A stretch of DNA of 13,971 bases from NCBI GenBank assembly GCA_046597055.1, contig JBKJLC010000182.1, forward strand, positions 1 through 13,971, in the 5' to 3' direction. Both the position numbers and the translations under genes were made by a program. Under the pieces are notes generated by a model. The model did no database searches. It worked only from the letters and a program-made list of their open reading frames with translations, and was not told where the DNA came from. How positions within the stretch are numbered: the stretch's first letter is position 1; each line of letters begins with the position of its first letter. The stretch is from Kofleriaceae bacterium (GTDB taxonomy: Bacteria; Myxococcota_A; Polyangia; Haliangiales; Haliangiaceae). This document shows positions 6,160 through 13,971 of this stretch, in pieces.

Positions 6160-6807
6160 ATGTCGTCCCGCCTCGTGCTCGCCCCGCATCGTGACCAGGC
6201 CGCGCGCTGGCCGCGCGAGGGTCGGCACGTGCTCGCTCAGTTCGACGCCGACACCGTCGTCGTCTACCAGGCCTATCGTCCGGCGATCGGACACTTCGCG
6301 GCCCACCACGGCTGGTTCGGCGGCGACTTCTCGCGCGCGCGCATGAGCTGGATCAAGCCCAACTTCCTGTGGATGATGTATCGCTCCGGCTGGGGCACCA
6401 AGGACGGCCAGGAGGTGGTGCTGGCGATCTGGCTGCGCCGCGCCGCCTTCGACCAGATCCTCGCGCAGGCAGTGCCGTCGAGCCACGACCCCGACCGGTG
6501 GGCCGATCGAACCGCCTGGCAACGCGCGGTCGCTGGGTCCGACGTGCGCCTGCAATGGGATCCGGATCACGGCCCTGGCGGCGAGCCGCTGGTCCGTCGT
6601 GCGGTCCAGCTCGGGATGCGCGGCGCGGTGCTGGGCCGCTATGCCCGCGACTGGATCGTCGCGATCGAGGACGTGTCGCCGCTGGTCGCCGCCCAGCGCG
6701 CCCGGCTGCGCGCCGACGGCCCCGGTGCCCTCGAGACGCCGCGCGAGGAGGTCTATCCGGTCACTCCCGACGGCGCCGCCGCGCTGGGAACCACGCAAGC
6801 GCGGTAG
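6160..6807 (+). CDS. DUF4291 domain-containing protein
   Basis: Motifs AQFDADTVVVYQAY, RMSWIKPNFLWMMYRSGWGTK..QEVVLAI and VRLQWDPDH..G..L.RRAVQLG. Start placed at ATG 6160, since the TTG at 6118 would translate through the promoter/operator. Confidence 0.9.
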   Translation: MSSRLVLAPHRDQAARWPREGRHVLAQFDADTVVVYQAYRPAIGHFAAHHGWFGGDFSRARMSWIKPNFLWMMYRSGWGTKDGQEVVLAIWLRRAAFDQILAQAVPSSHDPDRWADRTAWQRAVAGSDVRLQWDPDHGPGGEPLVRRAVQLGMRGAVLGRYARDWIVAIEDVSPLVAAQRARLRADGPGALETPREEVYPVTPDGAAALGTTQAR

Positions 6808-6819
6808 CCAGCGAGCGGC

Positions 6820-6825
6820 TATGAT
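6820..6825 (+). promoter_or_regulatory. Putative -10 element of a leaderless transcript
   Basis: TATGAT, 6 nt, then ATG 6832. Confidence 0.5.
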
Positions 6826-6831
6826 CGAGGG

Positions 6832-7563
6832 ATGCGGCTCGCTGTCCTGGTCGTGACCGCGCTCGGGCTCGTCGCAGGCCCGCTGGGCGCGCAGCCGGCC
6901 GGACCCCGCGCCACCGCGGTCGCGCGTCCGGCCCCGCCGGTGGCCCGGCCCAGCAAGGCGGCGATCAAGGCCGCCAACGCCAAGCTGGGCGCGCTCGGGC
7001 GTCAGGTGGCGACCGAGGTCAACCGGCTGCGCGCCAACCCCAAGGCCTACGCGGCGCACCTCAAGGCGCTGCGGGCGAAGTACGACGGTCGGCTCCTGCA
7101 CCTGCCCGGCCGCGATCCGATCCGGACCCGCGAGGGCGTGGCCGCGCACGACGAGGCGATCCGCGCGCTGACCGCCACCGGCAAGCGCAAGCCGCTGCGC
7201 TGGGAGGAGGGGCTGGCCCGCGCCGCCGCCGATCACGCCAGGGACATCGGCGCCCGCGGCGTGCTCGATCACGCGTCGCGCGACGGCTCGTCGCCGATCG
7301 ACCGGGTGCAGCGCTACGGCATCCTGCAGGGCGCCGGCGGCGAGAACATCGACGTCGGCTTTCGCGATCCGCGCCTGGTCGTGATCCACCTGCTGATCGA
7401 CGACGGCGTCCCCGATCGCGGCCATCGCGACGCGCTGCTCGACAAGGCGTACACGCAGATCGGCGTCGCGTGCGCACCCCACACCCGCTACGCGGTCGTC
7501 TGCGTGATGGACTTCGCCGACGACTACGTTGGCATCCCGGCCGGCGCCCGACGGCGCCGCTGA
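6832..7563 (+). CDS. Secreted CAP (SCP/Tpx-1/Ag5/PR-1) domain protein
   Basis: Signal peptide, then VNRLRANP, PLRWEEGLARAAADHA, LDH.SRDGSSP.DRV.RYG, GENI, LLIDDGVPDRGHR..LL and IGVAC.PH..Y..VCVMDFA. Confidence 0.92.
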   Translation: MRLAVLVVTALGLVAGPLGAQPAGPRATAVARPAPPVARPSKAAIKAANAKLGALGRQVATEVNRLRANPKAYAAHLKALRAKYDGRLLHLPGRDPIRTREGVAAHDEAIRALTATGKRKPLRWEEGLARAAADHARDIGARGVLDHASRDGSSPIDRVQRYGILQGAGGENIDVGFRDPRLVVIHLLIDDGVPDRGHRDALLDKAYTQIGVACAPHTRYAVVCVMDFADDYVGIPAGARRRR

Positions 7564-7719
7564 CGGATCGCCCGCGCGCGGCGGCCCGGGCGCCCGGCGG
7601 CGTCCGGTAGACCTCGGCACGGGCCGCCCCGGCACCGCCCCGACCTGCTAACCCGGATCGAGCCGCTGACCCGCGACCGGACCACGATCGACATCGCCAA
7701 GCTGCAGTTCGACAGCTTC

Positions 7720-8142
7720 GTGGCGCGGGTCAAGGAGGCGATCGCGGCGGCGATGCCGGAGGCGCGCGCGGAGGTCGTCACCTCGGAGGCGCGCATCGCA
7801 CGGCCGGGCAAGCGTGCGGCCGCGGCCCCGGCGCCGACCGCCCCCGGCTACGACCCCTACGACGCGTACTACCCGAGCCCGATGGGCGACGCCATGAACA
7901 TGATGATGTGGGCGTCGATCTTCGCGATGCCCAGCCATCCCCACGTGGTGGTCGTGAACGACGCGGGCGACCCGGTGGGGACCGCCGATACGCCCGGCAT
8001 CGAGCACGCCGACCCGGACGTCGGCGGGGATGTCGGGGCCGACGCCGGCGGCGATCTTGGCGGCGATGCGGGTGGCGACCTCGGCGGTGACGTCGGGGGC
8101 GGCGACTTCGGCGGCGGTGACTGCGGCGGCTTCTTCGACTGA
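7720..8142 (+). CDS. Hypothetical protein with C-terminal GGD(x) repeat tail; start uncertain, possibly a 5'-truncated gene
   Basis: Strong GC3 bias. Reads YDPYDAYYPSPMG...MMMWASIF, with tail DVGGDVGADAGGDLGGDAGGDLGGDVGGGDFGGGDCGGFFD. Coding-like in-frame sequence continues upstream to ~7645 with no ATG, GTG or TTG. Confidence 0.55.
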   Translation: MARVKEAIAAAMPEARAEVVTSEARIARPGKRAAAAPAPTAPGYDPYDAYYPSPMGDAMNMMMWASIFAMPSHPHVVVVNDAGDPVGTADTPGIEHADPDVGGDVGADAGGDLGGDAGGDLGGDVGGGDFGGGDCGGFFD

Positions 8143-8169
8143 CGGCTGGTGTTGCCGCGCCCGGCGGCC

Positions 8170-8201
8170 GCCGCGCCGCGGCCTGGGTGCCACGGCGCGG
8201 C
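8170..8201 (+). terminator. GC-rich hairpin after the 7720-8142 ORF (no U-tract)
   Basis: GCCGCGCCGCGGC-ctgggt-GCCACGGCGCGGC: 13-bp stem with 1 mismatch. Confidence 0.35.
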
Positions 8202-8330
8202 GCGGTCACACCGGGGGGGTGGCCGTCGACCTCGCGGCCGCGGCCGGGCCGAAGTTACCGCCGGGGGCGCCGAGCGCTGCCATGGTAGTTTTGACTGGCT
8301 CCGGCGGCTGTCTCACCAGGACCCACGGTC

Positions 8331-11177
8331 ATGAGCTTGGCACCGATCCCCGACAACGAAGCCGCTCGGCTGCAGGCCGTGCTGCGGTACGAGGTGCTCG
8401 ACACGCCGGCTGAGCCGGCGTTCGACGACATCGCGCAGCTGGCCGCGTACGTGTGCGGGACGCCGTCCGCGGTGGTCTCGCTGGTCGACAGCAACCGTCA
8501 GTGGTTCAAGTGTCGGTGCGGGTTCGGCCCAGCCGAGTCGCCGCGGGCCATCGCGTTCTGCGCGCACACGATCCTGCAGACCGACGTGCTGGTCGTCACT
8601 GACGCCAGCTGCGATCCGCGCTTCGCCGACAACATGCTGGTCACCGGGCCGCCCCACATCCGCTTCTATGCGGGCGCGCCGCTGGTCTCGCCCGAGGGCT
8701 TCGCGGTGGGCTCGGTCGCGGTCATCGACTACGCGCCGCGCCAGCTCGACGACCGCCAGCGGAAGGCGTTGCAGGCGCTGAGCCGGCAGGTCGTCACGCA
8801 GCTCGAGCTCCGGAGGCGCCTGACCACGGAGCAGCGGGTCGAGCGCGATCGCGCCGCGCGCGCGCTCGGCAACGTCGAGGCCGAGAAGCAAACGCTGGTC
8901 GAGGCGTCGCTCGACAGCCTGGTCACCATCGATCATCGCGGGCGCATCGTCGAGTTCAACCAGGTCGCCGAAGCGACCTTTGGCCACCGGTGCGCCGACG
9001 CGCTCGGGCGCGAGCTGGCCGCGCTGATCTTTCCGCCGGCGGTGGGCGACCGCCGCCGCCGCGAGCTGGCCGATTACCTGGCGACCGGCGACCGCGCGGT
9101 GCTGCCGCAGCGGATCGAGACCACCGCGCTGCACGCCGATGGCCACGAGGTCCCGGTCGAGCTCACCCTCGTGCGCATCGGGCGCGGCGAGCCGCCGCGG
9201 TTCACCGGCTTCCTGCGCGACCTGACCGTGCGCAAGCAGGCCGAGGCCGCGGTGCGCCACGGGCTCGAGCGGTTCGAGCTGATCGCGCGCGCCACCAACG
9301 ACGCGGTGTGGGACTGGGACCTCCGGACCCACGCGCTGGGGTGGAACGACGGCTTCCAGAGACAGTTCGGGTATCGACCCGAGGACGTCGAGCCCGGGAT
9401 CGAGTCGTGGGCCGGGCGGCTCCACCCCGACGACCAGGCGCGGGTCGAGACCGACCTCCACCACGTCATCGACCACGACGGCACCGCCTGGACCGACGAG
9501 TACCGGTTCCGCTGCCGCGATGGCAGCTACGCCGACGTCCTCGATCGCGGCTACGTCATCCGCGACGCTGCCGGGGTGGCGGTGCGGATGATCGGCGCGA
9601 TGCAGAACATCACCGACCGCAAGCTGGCGCAGGACCAGGTCCGGCGATCAGAGGCGCGTTATCGCGAGCTGGTCGACGACGTCCGCGAGGTGATCGTCAC
9701 GCTCGGCCCCGATGCCGCGATCACGGCGGTCAACCGCGCCGCCGTGACCGCGCTGGGTGGCTCCAGCGAACGCTGGCTCGGGCGGCCGTTCCTGGCGCTG
9801 GTGTTCGAGCCCGACCGCGACCTCGCGCACGGCGTGGTCCAGCGGGTCCTGCGCGGCGAGCGGGCGTCGTGCGTCGAGCTCCGGCTCCTCACCAGCACCG
9901 GCGAGCCGGTCGGCCTGGAGTTCACGATCACGCCGCGGCAGGCCGACGGCGAGGTGGTCGGCGTGCTCGCGGTCGGCCGCGACGTTACCGAGCGCAAACG
10001 GCTTGAGGAGCAGCTGCGCCACTCCCAGAAGATGGACGCGATCGGGCAGCTGTCGGGCGGCGTCGCCCACGACTTCAACAACCTGCTCACGGTGATCCAG
10101 ATCAACGCGACGCTGCTGGGCGGGGGGGTGCCAGCCGACGAGGTCAAGGTCCACGCCGACGAGATCATGGTCGCGGCCGAGCGCGCGGCCAGCCTCACCC
10201 GCCAGCTGCTCCTGTTCAGTCGCCGGCAGGTCTTGCAGCCGACCACCGTCGATCTCAACGACCTCGCACGCAACATGTCGCAGATGCTGAAGCGCCTGGT
10301 CGGCGAGGACATCCAGATGGTGTCCGACTACGGAGCCGAGCGGCCGCTGCTCCGCGGCGACGTCGGCATGCTCGAGCAGGTGCTCCTGAACCTCGCGGTC
10401 AACGCGCGCGACGCGATGCCGCGAGGTGGACGGCTGACGATCGGGACCCACCTCCGGGCGGTCGACGAGGCCGAGGCCCGGCGCCGGCCCGAGGCCGTGG
10501 TGGGCCAGTGGGTCTGCCTGACCGTGCAGGACACCGGGGCCGGCATCGCTCTCGAGGTGCTACCGCACGTGTTCGAGCCGTTCTTCACCACCAAGGACGT
10601 CGGCAAGGGCACCGGCCTCGGGCTTGCCACCGTCTACGGCATCGTGAAGCAGCACGGTGGCTGGGTCGACGTCGCCACCACGCCCGGCGCGGGCACCACG
10701 ATGACCGTGACGCTGCCGCTGCTCGCGCTCGACGCCCCGGCCCCGGCCCCGGCGCCGGCCCCGGCGGCTGCCCGGGCGCTGGCCGGCAGCGAGACCCTCC
10801 TGGTGGTCGAGGATGAGGCCGGGGTGCGTACGCTGCTGGTCCGCCTGCTCTCGGGCAGCGGCTACACCGTGCTCCACGCCGAGTCGAGCGAGGGCGCGCT
10901 CGAGATCTGGCAGCGCCACCAGCACCGCATCGATCTGCTGCTGACCGACCTGGTCATGCCCGGCAGCATGAACGGCCACGAGCTGGCGGCGCGCCTGCGC
11001 CAGGACCGCCCGACGCTCAAGGTGATCTTCACCAGCGGCTACAGCGCCGAGCGGTCGGGCGAGGCGCTGGTCGAGGGCACCAACTTCCTGCAAAAGCCCT
11101 ATCACCCCGACAAGCTTACCGCGCTGGTCCGCGACTGCCTGGACCGCGGCGCCCACGCCGACGGCCGACCCGGGTAG
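8331..11177 (+). CDS. Cytoplasmic hybrid sensor histidine kinase: GAF-PAS-PAS-PAS-HisKA-HATPase-REC
   Basis: GAF ([36 protein letters not shown]). Three PAS/PAC domains ending RDLT, QNIT and RDVT. H-box [11 protein letters not shown]-box [30 protein letters not shown]. Intact receiver (VEDE, LTDLVMP, TSGY, QKP). Confidence 0.95.
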   Translation: MSLAPIPDNEAARLQAVLRYEVLDTPAEPAFDDIAQLAAYVCGTPSAVVSLVDSNRQWFKCRCGFGPAESPRAIAFCAHTILQTDVLVVTDASCDPRFADNMLVTGPPHIRFYAGAPLVSPEGFAVGSVAVIDYAPRQLDDRQRKALQALSRQVVTQLELRRRLTTEQRVERDRAARALGNVEAEKQTLVEASLDSLVTIDHRGRIVEFNQVAEATFGHRCADALGRELAALIFPPAVGDRRRRELADYLATGDRAVLPQRIETTALHADGHEVPVELTLVRIGRGEPPRFTGFLRDLTVRKQAEAAVRHGLERFELIARATNDAVWDWDLRTHALGWNDGFQRQFGYRPEDVEPGIESWAGRLHPDDQARVETDLHHVIDHDGTAWTDEYRFRCRDGSYADVLDRGYVIRDAAGVAVRMIGAMQNITDRKLAQDQVRRSEARYRELVDDVREVIVTLGPDAAITAVNRAAVTALGGSSERWLGRPFLALVFEPDRDLAHGVVQRVLRGERASCVELRLLTSTGEPVGLEFTITPRQADGEVVGVLAVGRDVTERKRLEEQLRHSQKMDAIGQLSGGVAHDFNNLLTVIQINATLLGGGVPADEVKVHADEIMVAAERAASLTRQLLLFSRRQVLQPTTVDLNDLARNMSQMLKRLVGEDIQMVSDYGAERPLLRGDVGMLEQVLLNLAVNARDAMPRGGRLTIGTHLRAVDEAEARRRPEAVVGQWVCLTVQDTGAGIALEVLPHVFEPFFTTKDVGKGTGLGLATVYGIVKQHGGWVDVATTPGAGTTMTVTLPLLALDAPAPAPAPAPAAARALAGSETLLVVEDEAGVRTLLVRLLSGSGYTVLHAESSEGALEIWQRHQHRIDLLLTDLVMPGSMNGHELAARLRQDRPTLKVIFTSGYSAERSGEALVEGTNFLQKPYHPDKLTALVRDCLDRGAHADGRPG

Positions 11178-11184
11178 CTCGCGC

Positions 11185-13353
11185 TCACCGCCTCTCGGCG
11201 AGGTCGCTGGCGGCGGGCATCGGCTGGATCGCCGCGCGGACCGCGTCGACCAGGCCGTGCGGGTCGAGCGGCTTGTGGACGATCGCCGCGTAGTCGCCCG
11301 ATGGCGTGGCGTCGGCGGCCGCGACCAGGACCACCGGCGCCAGGCAGCCGGCCGCGCGCAACGCCGCCAGCGCGTCGGACCCGACCATGCCCGAGCTGGC
11401 GTCGGCGATCACCACCGCGATCCGCGGACCCGGGGCGGCGGCGGCCGCCAGCGCGGCGGCGCGGGTGCCGACCACGATCGCCGCGTAGCCCGAGCGCTCG
11501 AGCGCGCCGGTGACCGCGAGCCCGCTGGCCTCGCCGCTGTCGATCACCAGCACGGTGCCGCCGCCGGTGTGCACGTCGCGGGCCGCGACCGTCGCGCCGG
11601 CTCGCGATGGCGCGGCCGGGGCCGGCGGAGCCGCCGGGAACGCGAGCTCGAAGCAGGCGCCGCCGCCGGCCCGGTTGCTGGCCCGCACGGTCCCGCCGTG
11701 CTCGGCGGCGAGCGCCTCGACCGTCGCCAGCCCGAGGCCGGTGCCCTCGCCGGGTGGCTTGGTCGTGAAGAACGGCTCGAACACCCGCGCCAGGATCGCG
11801 GGCGGGATGCCGGGACCGTCGTCGTCGACCCGCAGCACCACCGCGCGGCCGGCGATGCCGGGCACCGCGCGCCGCTCGATCGCGATGCGGATGGTGCCGC
11901 CGGTCGGCTTCAGGGCGTCGCGGGCGTTGAGCCCGAGGCCGAGCAGGGCGTGCTCGAGCCCGGCGGCGTCGACCTCGATCGCGGGCAGGTCGGGCGGGGT
12001 CGGCATGACCTCGAGCTGGATGCCAGCCGGCAGCGCCTTGGCGAGCAGCCCGGCCACCGATGCCACCAGCGGCGCCGGATCGATCCGGGTGGCGCGGCTC
12101 GGGCCTTGCCGCGCGAGATCGAGCAGCCGCGCGCTGAGCTCGGTCGCGCGCCACATCGCGTGCTCGATGTCGTCGAGCTCGGCGGCGGCGGGCTGGCCAC
12201 GATCGATGCGGAGTCGGGCCAGCGTGAGCCCGGCGATCATCACCTGCAGCAGGTTCTTGTAGTCGTGGGCGACGCCGCTGGCGAGCGCGCCGATCGATTG
12301 CAGGCGCTGGGCCTGGAGCAGCCCGACCTGGAGCCGGCGCGCGCGCTCGTCATCGGCGCGGACCCGCGCGTGTAGCGAGCGCTCGAGCCGCTGGCTGGCA
12401 GCCAGCCGCACGCCGAGCGCGACCGCCAGCCCGAGCCCGGCGCTCCCGGTGACCGCGACGGTCGGCCCGACCAGGCGATCGCGGAACGCCAGCGCGACCG
12501 CGACCGCGACCAGCACCGCGAACGCCGGCAGCACCGCATCGAACACCGGCGCATCGTCGGGGCGAACCGCGGTGTCGACCGGCGCCGGCTCGCGCAGCTC
12601 CTCGCGCGCGGCCCAGGTGACCATCGCGAAGGCGGCGATCCACAGCGGGTCCATCCACGCCCCCGCGTGGTAGCGCCGCCCCAGGAGCGACTCGGCGTAG
12701 AGCGTGGTCACGAAGGCCTGCAGCGCCATGCCGGCGAGCAGCAGCCCCAGCACCCAGCGCTGGCCGGTGCCGACGTGCTGCCACCAGCAGACCAGGCCGA
12801 ACACCAGCGCCGAGCCGTTCAGGACCGGGTAGGCGAGGGCGGCCAGCACGTAGACGGTGTCGTCGGCCGACGCGACCACCGGGCCGTACAGCGTCAACGC
12901 CGCGACCACCACCAGCACGCAGCCGATCATGGCCAGATCGCCGAGCTGCTTGAGCGTGAGGGCTGGCGACGCCCGATCGGCCACGTAGCGGAGGCAGCCC
13001 AGCACGAAGCACGGCGCGAGGCCGACGAAGGCGAGGTCGGCCGTCGATGGAAACGGCGTGAGCCGGCCCAGCGCCAGCTCGTGGACCGACCAGATCAACA
13101 TGCCGACGAACCATGACGCTGCGCCGGCGCCGAACCAGCGCCAGGCCGCGCGCCGGTGGGGCAGGGTCGCGCGCCGTGCGGTGAGGTAGCAGGCGACCGC
13201 CGCGACCAGGCTGGTCAACGTCCACCCGGCGTCCGCCCAGACGTGCCCGAGCAGCGGGTGACCGGCGGCGAGCTGTGCGCCCGCGACGTAGACGCCGACC
13301 ACGGCGACCACCAGGGCCGCGCCCCCCGCGCGCCGCGCTACCACGCCAGTCAT
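11185..13353 (-). CDS. Membrane hybrid histidine kinase (~10 TM sensor, HisKA, HATPase, atypical receiver)
   Basis: TM region with RRAAWRWF, FPSTAD and YPVL. H-box [41 protein letters not shown]-terminal receiver-like VLVID...VIAD...HKP. Confidence 0.9.
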   Translation of the reverse strand: MTGVVARRAGGAALVVAVVGVYVAGAQLAAGHPLLGHVWADAGWTLTSLVAAVACYLTARRATLPHRRAAWRWFGAGAASWFVGMLIWSVHELALGRLTPFPSTADLAFVGLAPCFVLGCLRYVADRASPALTLKQLGDLAMIGCVLVVVAALTLYGPVVASADDTVYVLAALAYPVLNGSALVFGLVCWWQHVGTGQRWVLGLLLAGMALQAFVTTLYAESLLGRRYHAGAWMDPLWIAAFAMVTWAAREELREPAPVDTAVRPDDAPVFDAVLPAFAVLVAVAVALAFRDRLVGPTVAVTGSAGLGLAVALGVRLAASQRLERSLHARVRADDERARRLQVGLLQAQRLQSIGALASGVAHDYKNLLQVMIAGLTLARLRIDRGQPAAAELDDIEHAMWRATELSARLLDLARQGPSRATRIDPAPLVASVAGLLAKALPAGIQLEVMPTPPDLPAIEVDAAGLEHALLGLGLNARDALKPTGGTIRIAIERRAVPGIAGRAVVLRVDDDGPGIPPAILARVFEPFFTTKPPGEGTGLGLATVEALAAEHGGTVRASNRAGGGACFELAFPAAPPAPAAPSRAGATVAARDVHTGGGTVLVIDSGEASGLAVTGALERSGYAAIVVGTRAAALAAAAAPGPRIAVVIADASSGMVGSDALAALRAAGCLAPVVLVAAADATPSGDYAAIVHKPLDPHGLVDAVRAAIQPMPAASDLAERR

Positions 13354-13359
13354 GGCGGT

Positions 13360-13365
13360 AGCCTA
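13360..13365 (-). promoter_or_regulatory. Putative -10 element of a leaderless transcript
   Basis: On the - strand: TAGGCT, accgcc, then ATG 13353. No SD. Confidence 0.5.
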
Positions 13366-13437
13366 TCCCGCGGCGGCCCTGCCGCGCGGTTCTGTCGGCG
13401 GGATTGTCCCCGAGCGAGTCCGCGGCGCGCGGTCGGC

Positions 13438-13446
13438 TGATACCAT
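13438..13446 (+). promoter_or_regulatory. Putative extended -10 (TGn-TACCAT) of a leaderless transcript
   Basis: TGa-TACCAT, ggggcg, then ATG 13453. Confidence 0.5.
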
Positions 13447-13452
13447 GGGGCG

Positions 13453-13971
13453 ATGGGGGACGACGTCCCACTCTCCGGAGTGATCGACCAGCTCCCCTAC
13501 GGGATCTGGATCGCGCGCGCGCCTGGCGGCGAGCTGCTGCTCGTCAACCAGGTCTTTCGCGAGATCATGGGCATGGACGCGCGCGGCGACGTCGCCCTCG
13601 GCGGCTACAGCGAGCCGTATGGCATCTACGGCACCGACGGCCAGCTCTACCCCGAGCACCGGCTGCCGTTCCCGCGGGCGCTGGCGGCGCGCGCGATCGT
13701 GATGGTCGACGATCTGGTGATCCATCGTGGTGATGGTCGCCGCGTCAACGTGCGGGCCCACGCCCGCCCGCTGTTCGCCGAGCCCGGCGAGCGCGGCGAC
13801 ATCACCCACGTGGTGATCGCGTTCGCCGACATCACCGCCGAGGTCGAGGCCGCGACCCAGCGCCGGGTGATCGAGGCGCGCACCCGCGAGCGCGAGCGGC
13901 TCGAGTCGCTGGGCTCCCTGGCCGCCGGGGTCGCCCACGACTTCAACAATGCGCTGGCCCAGATCCGCATC
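13453..13971 (+). CDS. PAS-domain sensor histidine kinase, 3' end outside the window
   Basis: Not in the ORF track. MGDDVPLSGVIDQLPYGIWI...VNQVF...HRGDGRRV.V...PL...VVIAFADIT (PAS/PAC), then [21 protein letters not shown] (H-box). Open to the window end. Confidence 0.9.
   Translation, partial: MGDDVPLSGVIDQLPYGIWIARAPGGELLLVNQVFREIMGMDARGDVALGGYSEPYGIYGTDGQLYPEHRLPFPRALAARAIVMVDDLVIHRGDGRRVNVRAHARPLFAEPGERGDITHVVIAFADITAEVEAATQRRVIEARTRERERLESLGSLAAGVAHDFNNALAQIRI

Noticed and set aside
4081..7635. 1184-aa minus-strand ORF (also 3270-4598, 8313-9476, 11257-12375 and other shadow ORFs)
   Set aside because: Antisense shadows of well-supported genes caused by GC3 bias, with no domain motifs.
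8890..9235. FixL-like heme-binding PAS domain
   Set aside because: The region where the proximal His would be expected reads [11 protein letters not shown] with no His, so no ligand can be assigned.
10733..10770. GCCCCG tandem repeat
   Set aside because: It encodes an ordinary Ala-Pro linker between the HATPase and receiver domains.

Overview
Very GC-rich bacterial window; the gene content (membrane Ser/Thr kinase, several hybrid histidine kinases, CAP protein) suggests a Myxococcota-like genome (inference). In order: the 3' end of a four-helix-bundle gene; a ~21-unit degenerate hexamer tract; a five-copy nested inverted-repeat (REP/BIME-like) array; a 6-TM Ser/Thr kinase (-); a DGPF/YciI gene behind an ECF42-type promoter; an operon of three diverged, signal-peptide-bearing paralogs that look like outer-membrane beta-barrels (YjbH/GfcD-like N-terminal motif); a DUF4291 gene behind a putative NrtR operator; a secreted CAP protein; a possibly 5'-truncated Gly/Asp-tailed ORF; and three clustered histidine kinases (one degenerate, one cut by the window end). 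The best candidates for an undescribed system are the three-paralog barrel operon (possible 'split' triple barrel) and the nested repeat array, whose copies show partner-specific complementary variants. All family calls come from motif recognition by eye; no searches were run.
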